A stretch of DNA of 64,000 nucleotides from Marinicella sp. (lineage in GTDB: Bacteria > Pseudomonadota > Gammaproteobacteria > Xanthomonadales > Marinicellaceae), in contig OZ246001.1 in assembly GCA_965230295.1 (NCBI GenBank), forward strand, positions 992,001 through 1,056,000, written 5' to 3'. The notes beneath the pieces were generated by a model, which saw only the letters and a list, made by a program, of their open reading frames with translations, did not search any database and was not told where the DNA came from. The translations under genes and the position numbers were made by a program. Below are positions 49,767 to 59,066 of this stretch, one piece after another. Numbering within the stretch: the first letter of the stretch is position 1; every line of letters starts with the position of its first letter.

Positions 49767-49790
49767 ATTGTGTATTGTATACAATATGCA
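49762..49790. promoter_or_regulatory. Palindromic GntR-type operator overlapping the regulator start
   Basis: TATTGTATACAATA perfect palindrome inside TGCATATTGT-N9-ACAATATGCA. Confidence 0.65.
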
Positions 49791-49904
49791 AAAAATAGCA
49801 ACCACTTTTTACCTACAAACCCACTCCGTCGATGGTTTTAGCCAGGTATTTTCTCGTTTACTGTTTCTATTGAGGACTGGTTTCAGTGAAGTTTGTGTCC
49901 TGAT

Positions 49905-50612
49905 CTAAGGCGTTGATGTGTCAAAAGTTTCCGCAAATATGACATCTGTAAGGATCCTCAAAATTCCTGTTTGGCTGGTATGTGCAGGGTTGGCACAATG
50001 GTAAGGAACCTCACCTACCTCGTTGAATCGAACATAAAATTCCCAGGGAAAGCCGGTTGGATCGGTGTCTGTATTTTGCCCATCGCCTTCACAACCATCG
50101 GCACAAATCAAAGCGTCATCATCGGTGCGGAAATTGTGTTCACCTCCCTGATTATTGAAATAAACCACATCACCAGCTGTTATGGTCAAATCATCAGGAA
50201 CATAGGTGTTATCCACTTGTGCTGATATTTGATGGGTGGTCCCGGTACTGGGCGTTTGCACCACCACCGTTCCGACCATACCAAACTGAACATGTGGTTG
50301 GCATTCATAAGGAATGGTCTCAGGCACCCTGAATGTCACTTCAGCCACCCAAAGATCTGAAGATGGATTACCATTCCCACCATTAGCTTCACAGCCATTG
50401 GCACAACGAAACTTTCCCACTGCATAAACATTGTGGGCACCAGGTCCTTCATTCACCCATCGCACCGTATCGCCAGCCTCAATCACCACCGTTGCAGGAC
50501 TGAATGAGTTGTCTCTCACGGTGACGACATGGGTTCTGGCCATTGAAGTGCCAATCAGCAACAGCGTACTCAAAATGACCCAAATTAGACGATTGATGAT
50601 TACAGGTGACAT
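49905..50612 (-). CDS. Secreted double-cupredoxin protein with DVIFAETFD tail
   Basis: Domain 1 HNV...YECQPHVQFGM; domain 2 HNF...YHCANPAH; a C-x-x-G-C insertion in each domain. Confidence 0.85.
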   Translation of the reverse strand: MSPVIINRLIWVILSTLLLIGTSMARTHVVTVRDNSFSPATVVIEAGDTVRWVNEGPGAHNVYAVGKFRCANGCEANGGNGNPSSDLWVAEVTFRVPETIPYECQPHVQFGMVGTVVVQTPSTGTTHQISAQVDNTYVPDDLTITAGDVVYFNNQGGEHNFRTDDDALICADGCEGDGQNTDTDPTGFPWEFYVRFNEVGEVPYHCANPAHTSQTGILRILTDVIFAETFDTSTP

Positions 50613-50789
50613 GTTTGGTCAATACTCAATTTATCTGGCTTGATTCTAGTGGAAATTTAACAAATTAAGTTAAATTTACGCTAAGGATGCAAGATTGACC
50701 AGAGATTTAAACCTGTTGTGTGAACTGATTCTCACAATCTCATGTTCGTTGGTTCTAAATTTAATAACGTCTAAAAGCGTAGAAAAACC

Positions 50790-52586
50790 ATGAACATATT
50801 CGCCAAAAAGTATTACGATGCAAGCCAAATAAAAAAAGCGCCCAAATCATATTCACCGATCAAAACGGATCACAGTAGGCAAAAAACTGCAGCCAAGGGG
50901 TTGTCATTATCCACCCATCAACCACAACTCAAAGGCACTTTGCCAACACCCAACCTGACCCACCGAATCATGAGCAAGATGGCTTTCGGGCCCAGTGATG
51001 CTGACACCAATCACATCAATTCACTACCAGGTGCCACTGAAATGGATCGAGTCCTGGCCTATATTGATGAACAGCTGGATCCTGCCAGCATAGATGACAG
51101 CGCTGTCGACACGATGCTAACCCAAGGGTTTGCCACTTTGAACAAAACCCAACAACAGTTGTTCCAGGAACACAACCACCTCCCGGATGGAGGCGACATC
51201 CCGTGGGATATACACATCTTACCTGGCAGAGAAACCAGTTACGCTGCATTCATCAGGGGCATCAACAGCAAACGTCAGTTGTTTGAAATGATGGCTGATT
51301 TTTGGCACAACCATTTCAACGTATACCTGGATGGAGACAATGTTCAACCGATGTTCGTGCATTATGACCGTGACGTCATCAGGCCCAATGCCCTGGGTAA
51401 CTTCCGAGACATGCTGTATGAAGTCACCCGATCTAACTGCATGCTTTCTTACTTGGGTAACGGCGTCAATGAACAATCCGCACCGAATGAAAACTTCGCC
51501 AGGGAACTGCTTGAACTTCACACCATCAGCGCCAAAAATTATTATGGCCACATGCCATGGCAAGATGTGCCTACTGATGGCCAAGGCAGACGCGTCGGTT
51601 ATGTGGAAGCAGATGTGGTTGAATTGGCGCGGGCCTTGACTGGTTGGTCTTTTTTTGGTGCCAGTTGGGAAGATTACGATTACTTATATAACCCACCCGT
51701 CAATATCAGCCTGGCTCCTACCGGGCTGTTTTTATTCAGACCTGACTGGCATGACCAAGGAGTCAAGCGGGTGATGGGTACTGACTTTTTTTATGACTCC
51801 AACGACGAAGAAAAAGACCTCAATGACATTTTAGACATGTTGGCTGAGCACCCGGCCACCGCTGAATTTTTGGCCACCAAGTTATGCAAAAGATTCATTG
51901 CAGATGAACCGCCTGCAAACATCGTAACTCAGGTTGCAGATGCCTTACACCAAAACTGGCAAGCCAGTGATCAAATCAAACAGGCCATGGAGGTGTTACT
52001 GAAATCTACAGCGTTTTTAAACACCTGGGGCGAGAAAATCAAACGTCCTTTTGAACGCACCATTGCTGCCATGAGACAGATTGAGTATGGTTTCGATTTC
52101 AACCCCACCAATGAATACTCCAGCTGGCATCATTGGGGGTTTCAAGACTCTGGTCAGCCACCATTTGGCTGGACCTCTCCTGATGGTTATCCTGACTTCA
52201 AGTCTCATTGGTTGGGCGCATCCAGTAACATGTCGACCTGGAAATTCATTCAATGGATCAGCCAATTCAGAGATGGTAATAATAATGACGACCCTTTCAA
52301 CAACATCTTAAACATAACAGCCAGTGGCATTCCAAACGCCAATGACCGCACAGCCAATAACATCGTCAATTTTTGGTATGAGAAGGCTTTGGGTTTTCCA
52401 CCTGAAACAGTCGTCCAGGACAAGTTGGCTGAATTCATGTCATATGATGACAACACCAATCCTGTTGGTACCGATCGTGATACGCCAATAGATATCTATC
52501 AAAATAACTGGCCCGGGTATAACACCGAACGTTTGTTTGCCGTGGTATCAACCATCTTTCTGACAGCTGATTTCAGCTACCGATAA
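50790..52586 (+). CDS. DUF1800 family protein (second paralogue)
   Basis: FWHNHFNV, NENFARELLELHT, ARALTGW, HPATA, KIKRP, PDGYPD. Confidence 0.9.
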   Translation: MNIFAKKYYDASQIKKAPKSYSPIKTDHSRQKTAAKGLSLSTHQPQLKGTLPTPNLTHRIMSKMAFGPSDADTNHINSLPGATEMDRVLAYIDEQLDPASIDDSAVDTMLTQGFATLNKTQQQLFQEHNHLPDGGDIPWDIHILPGRETSYAAFIRGINSKRQLFEMMADFWHNHFNVYLDGDNVQPMFVHYDRDVIRPNALGNFRDMLYEVTRSNCMLSYLGNGVNEQSAPNENFARELLELHTISAKNYYGHMPWQDVPTDGQGRRVGYVEADVVELARALTGWSFFGASWEDYDYLYNPPVNISLAPTGLFLFRPDWHDQGVKRVMGTDFFYDSNDEEKDLNDILDMLAEHPATAEFLATKLCKRFIADEPPANIVTQVADALHQNWQASDQIKQAMEVLLKSTAFLNTWGEKIKRPFERTIAAMRQIEYGFDFNPTNEYSSWHHWGFQDSGQPPFGWTSPDGYPDFKSHWLGASSNMSTWKFIQWISQFRDGNNNDDPFNNILNITASGIPNANDRTANNIVNFWYEKALGFPPETVVQDKLAEFMSYDDNTNPVGTDRDTPIDIYQNNWPGYNTERLFAVVSTIFLTADFSYR

Positions 52587-52596
52587 GGAGACTAAC

Positions 52597-53925
52597 ATGA
52601 AAAAAATCAACAGAAGAAATTTCCTCAAAGGTACCGGATTGGTCAGTGTCGCAGGATTGGGAGGCCTACAACTTGGCTTCGCCAACACCCTGTTGAAAGG
52701 TGGTTCGGGTGGCTCTGGTCGCGACTTATTGGTCTACGTCTTCCTGAATGGCGGCATGGACGGATTGAATATGGTGCCACCACGCTCAGGCCCAGATTAC
52801 ACCCAATACCGGGACGTTTTACGACCAAATCTACACATACCCAATTCAATGTCGTTGCCACTGAATGGTCAAAACAGTTTTGGCATGCACCCATCCGCAA
52901 CCGGTCTGGCAAACCTGTTCAATGACGACAAAATGGCCATCATCCATGCCACAGGCTTGGTAGAAGCCAACCGGTCACATTTTGAGGCGACCCGATTTAT
53001 GGAATTGGGTTCACAAAGCAGTACATCGTTAGGCTCAGGTTGGTTAACCCGCTACTTTAACTCATCCCTTCATACACCTGATGATGCCGTGATGCCATCG
53101 ATAGTGCCCTCCTATAACAACACCGATGCCGTTCTGGGTGACCCCACAGCTTTGGTGATGGCCAACCCTCAGGAGTTCAGCTTATCCGATGGCCATTGGG
53201 CATGGGAAGACACCATGCAAGATATCCTGACTCAAGTCAGTAACAACCCAACCACTTTAGAACAATTGGTGGCGAATCAAACCTTGAACGCCTCAGCCAT
53301 CATCCAAGCGATCGATTGGGGCAATTACGTGCCGGGCAATAACGCAGTTTACCCTGAAAGCTTTTTCGGCGAACAGTTGAGGACGGTGGCCCAATTGTTC
53401 AAGAATGATGTTGATCTAGAAGTGGCCTATGTACCAACAGGTGGTTGGGACACGCACACCGGTCAAGGCACAGGCACCAGTGGTCAATTTGCTGACTTAG
53501 CCGGCAATTTATCCGATGGGCTTTATGCCTTGTATCAAGACCTGACTGCCTCACACAACGGCAGATTCACCATCGTTGTTCAGTCAGAGTTTGGTCGCAG
53601 GGCTTATGAGAACAGTGACATCAGTACCGACCATGGCTATGGCAACCCGATGTTTGTCATTGGTGACGATGTCAATGGCGGCTTTTACGGCAGCTTCCCC
53701 GGCTTATCGCCACAACAATTGTTTGAAGGTGACGATGTTGATGTGACCGTAGACTATCGTGATGTGGTCAGTGAAGTGTTGATCAAGCGCCAACAAAACA
53801 GGTTCTTGGGTTATATTTTCCCCAACTACAGTGATTACACGCCGTTAGGTGTGGTCAACGGCTTGGACCTACCACCGATTTATGATGTCAATTATGACCC
53901 CATATTTGCCAGTGGCCTTGACTGA
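52597..53925 (+). CDS. DUF1501 family protein, Tat-exported, with DPIFASGLD tail
   Basis: INRRNFLK; GGMDGLN, RSHFEA, GGWDTH, SEFGRR, TDHG, DYRDV. Confidence 0.9.
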   Translation: MKKINRRNFLKGTGLVSVAGLGGLQLGFANTLLKGGSGGSGRDLLVYVFLNGGMDGLNMVPPRSGPDYTQYRDVLRPNLHIPNSMSLPLNGQNSFGMHPSATGLANLFNDDKMAIIHATGLVEANRSHFEATRFMELGSQSSTSLGSGWLTRYFNSSLHTPDDAVMPSIVPSYNNTDAVLGDPTALVMANPQEFSLSDGHWAWEDTMQDILTQVSNNPTTLEQLVANQTLNASAIIQAIDWGNYVPGNNAVYPESFFGEQLRTVAQLFKNDVDLEVAYVPTGGWDTHTGQGTGTSGQFADLAGNLSDGLYALYQDLTASHNGRFTIVVQSEFGRRAYENSDISTDHGYGNPMFVIGDDVNGGFYGSFPGLSPQQLFEGDDVDVTVDYRDVVSEVLIKRQQNRFLGYIFPNYSDYTPLGVVNGLDLPPIYDVNYDPIFASGLD

Positions 53926-53927
53926 CT

Positions 53928-54800
53928 TCACTTGATCTTCCAGGCATCAACCCAACGGGTTGAAACGGGCACCATGTCAAAGTCATTGATCAGACGTTGG
54001 TGAAAATCTGCCAAGTGGGCAGCCCCATAAAAAATGGCGAAAGATTGTGCGTCTTTCGCCATTTCTTTCCTCAAAACGTACAATGCCTTTTTATTTCTTT
54101 CAGCCACCAAGGTAGATCCTTCTGGCCCTTCAAGGGCTTTCATCACACCATCTGAGTTGGCCAATTCTTTGGCCATCAAGTCTTTCAGTGCATTCTGGCG
54201 GTCTGAGGACATCAAAGCCATGATCAAATCAAAATCGCTTGCGGTGGATTGGCCACTGAGTTGTTGTGACAAACTGGCACGCCACAAATTAAATGCCATA
54301 CTGAACAGTGATTCGCCTTTGTCTTCCATACTTTGCTTGAATTCTTCAGGAGTGAAATCGGCATGTACAAAATGTTTGGCCGTATAATCAACTTCCTCCA
54401 TTTGGTAAGACAAACCCAAAACATCTTTCAACCCGGTCTGAATACTGGATAACATGTTTTTACTTTCCACCCCACCTTTGGGAATGTAAGTACCTTCAGG
54501 GGCCACCAACTCATACAACACCTTGTCGTAAGTTTTGAACAAGGCATTCAAGTCTTGGTAATACTGCTTATCACCCACATGAACTGCACCCACCAAATCA
54601 ACGGTTTGTGGACCACCCGCCCTTGGCTTGTATCGCACCACTGACACCTGTAAAGCTTTGTTGCCAGGCTCGTTCACATATTTAATGAATTCAGGTGTTT
54701 CTGCACTGACCTCATCCAACTGATAAGCCAATGCATGGTTTACCAACACAAGAGTCGTTGCCAGAAAGGCGATTTGACAATAAGATTTAAATGTCGTCAT
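53928..54800 (-). CDS. Secreted hypothetical protein, TraB/GumN-like
   Basis: Signal peptide; LVGAVHVG, VLYELV, ERN, IFYGAAHL. Confidence 0.65.
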   Translation of the reverse strand: MTTFKSYCQIAFLATTLVLVNHALAYQLDEVSAETPEFIKYVNEPGNKALQVSVVRYKPRAGGPQTVDLVGAVHVGDKQYYQDLNALFKTYDKVLYELVAPEGTYIPKGGVESKNMLSSIQTGLKDVLGLSYQMEEVDYTAKHFVHADFTPEEFKQSMEDKGESLFSMAFNLWRASLSQQLSGQSTASDFDLIMALMSSDRQNALKDLMAKELANSDGVMKALEGPEGSTLVAERNKKALYVLRKEMAKDAQSFAIFYGAAHLADFHQRLINDFDMVPVSTRWVDAWKIK

Positions 54801-54847
54801 ATAGGCTGAAATTACGGTTAACTGATATCAGATGTAAGGGCAAAAGC

Positions 54848-55051
54848 TCAAGCATCAATATCTGGGATCAACATATTTTCATAACAAATCAACATGTCTT
54901 TGATCAATAACTTGCGTTTTTTCAGGCGTTTAATTTTCAACTCATCCACCTCACCTGAATTGATCAACACCCCAATGATCTCATCGAGCTCCCGGTGCTC
55001 GTTTTCTAGTTCTGTCATGCGATGAACAATTTCACTTTGACTTAATGTCAT
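54848..55051 (-). CDS. DUF465/YdcH family small coiled-coil protein
   Basis: EHRELDE.I...RLKKRKLLIKD...IPDIDA. Confidence 0.85.
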   Translation of the reverse strand: MTLSQSEIVHRMTELENEHRELDEIIGVLINSGEVDELKIKRLKKRKLLIKDMLICYENMLIPDIDA

Positions 55052-55154
55052 GTAATTTCTGAAATAATGATTGATTGTTAGAAAATTTTACCCTATCGCT
55101 CACCACATTTCTCGGTAAATCATCAATATGCTTAAAGACAACAAAAAAATCTAA
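55050..55154 (+). repeat. Duplicate of the ttcA upstream region and first 8 codons (MLKDNKKI*)
   Basis: Direct repeat of 57433-57533 with scattered mismatches. Confidence 0.88.
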
Positions 55155-55226
55155 AACTTGACCACAAACTCAGACACAGAATGGCCGCAACATGAAAGGC
55201 ACTGCTTAATGGCTCATCTAACAATC

Positions 55227-56918
55227 TCATAATGCTTCAATATAATCAAAAAAGGGGTCAACACCATTCATGAAATCATTGTATGTTGGGGCAGTTAAAA
55301 CAACATCAGGCACTAAGTGGTCAGGATCCCCACTGACTGTCTCAAACCTTCGCGTCGAATATTGCACCATTGTCGTTGAATTGTTTAATCTGAAATTCCT
55401 GACTTCTCCAAAATGATTCGGTTTGCCCCCAGTAGGCAGACCAACCAACTGAGCTTGGGTTGTTTGGTCAAACTGTATGGCATTCAACAAGCCCGATGAA
55501 AAAGTTCCTTGGCTAATAATGACAAACAACCGGTTTGGATCATTAAAAGGAGAATTGGATGCCGCAAAAGTAGAAATCCAATTGCTTAACAGAGCCGAGT
55601 TGCCTCCTGTATTACTGCGCAAGTCGACTACAATTTTATTGGGTTGCAGATTGAAAGCTGTGTTTGATAACCGATTCAGAAAATCATTAAAGGGGTCATT
55701 TGATGATTCTACAGCTTGGTTATAGGCAAAATAGAGAATGTCAGAATTTTGAAGGTATGTAAACCAGTAGTTTGCTTCATTTTGTAAATACAGAGGTACA
55801 GGGATATTCAATTCAGAATACACTGAAAACAATTCAGTCATTTGACCAGAGTCCACCGATTTAACCACATGATCAGTTGCAACTCCAAACCGATCGATAA
55901 CTTCGAAACTCGCTTCAGTGGAATCACTTATGACATTCAAATATTCAAGGACTTTGGGGATGAGCATGTAACTCATTGAACGGTACTGCAACCAGGCTGA
56001 ATTTTCATGTGAAATAACCCGCCCCAATTGCTGTTCTATAACTTCAAGATCAACCCCGTTAATGGATTGAATCCTGCTGCCTAAAAGCGACCGGTATTCT
56101 CCTGTCGACTGACTGACAATCAATCCTGTATCAATGCGACTGAGCACCAAGGGAAAACGTTTGCTGTCATCAATCAATACATTGGTATGAGAATCTCCAA
56201 TTAAGGCCACAAGCTCCGAGAAGGCCACATCAATCAATTCGTCAGGCAAAGCATTCAGCTGATTGGCAAGCATGAAAGTTCTGGACTCAAACTCATCTTG
56301 CTGAATCTGATTGAATGGCTCTGGGTGTAAATCAATCAGTTCTGAAGTCATCTGGTTCAGGTCTTCGCTGTTCTTGAGCAATTCTTGAGTACAATTTAAT
56401 GTAGCAATTGAAGTCAATCGAGTAATCGGGTGTGAGCCGGCATCAAACCCTTCTATTTCCGGGAACCAACTTAATGTTCCATCATTACAATCTTCAAACG
56501 TCAATGTGACCCGGCCCCATTCCTGAATGACTACCGACTGTGGCGGCGGCATACTTGGGAAAAAGCCTCCTTCTGTTAAGTATGCTGTTAATTCAATGGT
56601 GTTTTGCTGAACACCACCCAGCCCTGTTAGCCAATATTGTTTCCCTTCATTGTCATATAAAAACCAGGCTGCAAGTATCCTGTTATCATCTAAAAATTCA
56701 ATAAAAATTCCTTGGCCTGAATTATCTGGATCGAAATAAGCACCACTCCAGGTCTGATTCAATAACGGGACTGGATCAGTTTTGATCATGGTGTCAGCAC
56801 GACAATCCAACTCTGAACCAATACAAGGATCACTGGTTAAGTTTGATAGTGCAGGTAAAGCCCAGATAAGCAAGGCCAGACCCCATTTAATGTTTGTGAT
56901 TTTATACATAATCATCAC
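55227..56918 (-). CDS. S41-family peptidase-like protein with N-terminal GQG/WF.Y domain
   Basis: WSGAYFDPDNSGQG...AWFLY; GDSHT, VVDLRSNTGG, TFSSG, GLPTGG. Confidence 0.75.
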   Translation of the reverse strand: MMIMYKITNIKWGLALLIWALPALSNLTSDPCIGSELDCRADTMIKTDPVPLLNQTWSGAYFDPDNSGQGIFIEFLDDNRILAAWFLYDNEGKQYWLTGLGGVQQNTIELTAYLTEGGFFPSMPPPQSVVIQEWGRVTLTFEDCNDGTLSWFPEIEGFDAGSHPITRLTSIATLNCTQELLKNSEDLNQMTSELIDLHPEPFNQIQQDEFESRTFMLANQLNALPDELIDVAFSELVALIGDSHTNVLIDDSKRFPLVLSRIDTGLIVSQSTGEYRSLLGSRIQSINGVDLEVIEQQLGRVISHENSAWLQYRSMSYMLIPKVLEYLNVISDSTEASFEVIDRFGVATDHVVKSVDSGQMTELFSVYSELNIPVPLYLQNEANYWFTYLQNSDILYFAYNQAVESSNDPFNDFLNRLSNTAFNLQPNKIVVDLRSNTGGNSALLSNWISTFAASNSPFNDPNRLFVIISQGTFSSGLLNAIQFDQTTQAQLVGLPTGGKPNHFGEVRNFRLNNSTTMVQYSTRRFETVSGDPDHLVPDVVLTAPTYNDFMNGVDPFFDYIEAL

Positions 56919-57432
56919 CTCTCAAAAAAGCCAACACTAACCAAGACGAATATTCAAAAGTGTCTAAAACCGCATGAGGTTTTCCGTCAAGACCCAAGCA
57001 ATCATTGTAAAAAATGTACCCATTAATCTTGAATATTTTGCTCTGTTTTTTTCATTCTTCTTGCGACACTTTCGGCCCATATCTCGTCTTATTTAGTATG
57101 AATCGTACCATTTGTATCTAATAATCATGACCAAAACAATGAATAATTTCAATACAATTATTTAAATACTCACCATTCACTGGTAATTATTTCATGCCAA
57201 AGTGGATTACAAAGTCAATCAGGATTAAGACACATGACTCCAGATTTATGGATGGAAGACACCAAACACCACACTCAGACATGAAACACGAACTTGAGGT
57301 CAAATAAGAGTTAGAGGATGCTGGTTTTTTTGTGCAACAAAAAAGAAGGCATTTCTGACCACTCTCCAGAATGGAGCCCCAAGAACATTCCTTCAGTTGA
57401 GATGAAGTCACTCCAATCATGATACTTTTGTG

Positions 57433-57533
57433 ATGTATTTTTGAAATAATGATTGATTGTTAGAAAACTTTACCCTATCGTTCACCACATTCCTCGGTAA
57501 ATCGTTAATATGCTTAAAGACAACAGCAAAATC
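57433..57533 (+). repeat. ttcA upstream region and 5' end (second copy of the direct repeat)
   Basis: GAAATAATGATTGATTGTTAGAAAA...TATGCTTAAAGACAAA/CAG shared with 55050-55151. Confidence 0.88.
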
Positions 57534-58319
57534 AACCAACTTGAGCATAAGCTCAGGCGTCAAATGGCCAAAGCCTCTGGTGATTTTGGCTTGTTGGAAG
57601 CCGGTGATCGCATCATGGTTTGTTTGTCTGGTGGCAAAGATTCCTACGCGATGTTATCGCTGTTGCAATTGATTCAGAAAAAAGCCCCTTTTAAGTTTGA
57701 TTTGCTGGCAGTTAACTTGGACCAGAAACAACCTGGGTTTCCTGAACATGTTCTGCCTGACTACCTGGCAACCCAAAACATCGAACATAAAATCATTGAA
57801 GAAGACACCTATTCGATCGTCAAAGAAATCATTCCTGAAGGCAAAACCACCTGTGGATTGTGTTCCAGATTGCGGCGCGGCATCCTATATCGTGTGGCCG
57901 ATGAACTGAACTGCAACAAGATCGCTTTGGGCCACCACCAGGATGACATGGTCGAAACCTTGTTTTTGAACATGTTTTTCGGTGCCAAGATGAAAACCAT
58001 GCCACCCAAGCTGCTCAGTGATGACGGCCAACATGTGGTCATCAGGCCCATGGCCTACATCAGGGAAAAAGACCTCATCAGCTATGCCGAGTACAAAGCC
58101 TACCCGATCATCCCTTGTAACCTGTGTGGTTCCCAAGAAAACCTGCAACGTCAGGCCATCAAGCACATGTTACAGCAATGGGACCAGATCAACCCCGGGC
58201 GGGTAGACAACATTGCCAAAGCGATGTGTCACATCACCCCTTCTCATATGTGTGATCCAGAGCTGTTTGATTTTAAAGGTTTGTCACAAGAACATTTCTT
58301 AAAACTGATTAAAAACTAA
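57510..58319 (+). CDS. ttcA: tRNA 2-thiocytidine(32) synthetase TtcA
   Basis: [30 protein letters not shown]. Confidence 0.96.
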   Translation: MLKDNSKINQLEHKLRRQMAKASGDFGLLEAGDRIMVCLSGGKDSYAMLSLLQLIQKKAPFKFDLLAVNLDQKQPGFPEHVLPDYLATQNIEHKIIEEDTYSIVKEIIPEGKTTCGLCSRLRRGILYRVADELNCNKIALGHHQDDMVETLFLNMFFGAKMKTMPPKLLSDDGQHVVIRPMAYIREKDLISYAEYKAYPIIPCNLCGSQENLQRQAIKHMLQQWDQINPGRVDNIAKAMCHITPSHMCDPELFDFKGLSQEHFLKLIKN

Positions 58320-59021
58320 ATGAGAACAAAACCAATTAATTCATATCTTACTGGTCTATTAGCTATTCTATTGACTTCCGTTTCTGCAAACGCCCAGGAA
58401 GACACGGGTATCAATGAAGCACGCCACGATTCTTTTTGGCACGGGTTCAATGAAGGGTGTATTGGCAGGGATATTTATTGGGACGTGTTTTATTTTGACT
58501 ACGACACAAATTTATCGTACAGAAGTTTTACGGTTGGCATGAAACCCGATTCAAACAACGGTCCTTCATTCATTGCCAGACTAGATACTGGGCTTTCAGG
58601 ACAAACATTCGGTGAAACTAAGAACAATCCTGAGACTTTATTTCTGGCTTGGTCGTTGCCATATGCCACTTGCATTGTAAAAACAAACTTCCAGGCTTGT
58701 CCTCAAGCAAAACTGGCATACAACAAATTACAAAACACAAAATTGTCACTGAATGAAGATTTTGACAAAAGACCTGGTATGTTTGTCTTGCATTACACCA
58801 CTTTTAACATGCAGCAAAGAGATGGTTCAGGTCAATTCAATGACTGGGAAGTCACCTCTGGCGATACTGATTTGGAAGCTGCTATTTATGCGGTCGCAAA
58901 AGACACTCTTCAGTGCAGTCAAAAGGCTGTTGATGATTTATTCAAAAGATTAAAGATTGATGCGAATCATGGCAACTACAAAGCGCACAACAAACGGTTT
59001 CATATAAAACCACCCAACTGA
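58320..59021 (+). CDS. Secreted hypothetical protein
   Basis: Signal peptide (…SANA), 233 aa, directly after ttcA. Confidence 0.7.
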   Translation: MRTKPINSYLTGLLAILLTSVSANAQEDTGINEARHDSFWHGFNEGCIGRDIYWDVFYFDYDTNLSYRSFTVGMKPDSNNGPSFIARLDTGLSGQTFGETKNNPETLFLAWSLPYATCIVKTNFQACPQAKLAYNKLQNTKLSLNEDFDKRPGMFVLHYTTFNMQQRDGSGQFNDWEVTSGDTDLEAAIYAVAKDTLQCSQKAVDDLFKRLKIDANHGNYKAHNKRFHIKPPN

Positions 59022-59066
59022 ATCAGTCACTAAACGAAAGCCTCAAGACAATCATTGCTTAGAAGG

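Noticed and set aside
50719-50736. CRP/Clp-like TGTGA...TCACA site between the cupredoxin and DUF1800 genes (similar near 3713 and 3891)
   Set aside because: Spacers are 8, 5 and 12 nt rather than the canonical 6, so it is not supportable.
57187-57420. 77-aa ORF inside the ttcA islet as a possible integrase/excisionase remnant
   Set aside because: No recombinase or HTH motifs, and it overlaps a repeat fragment.
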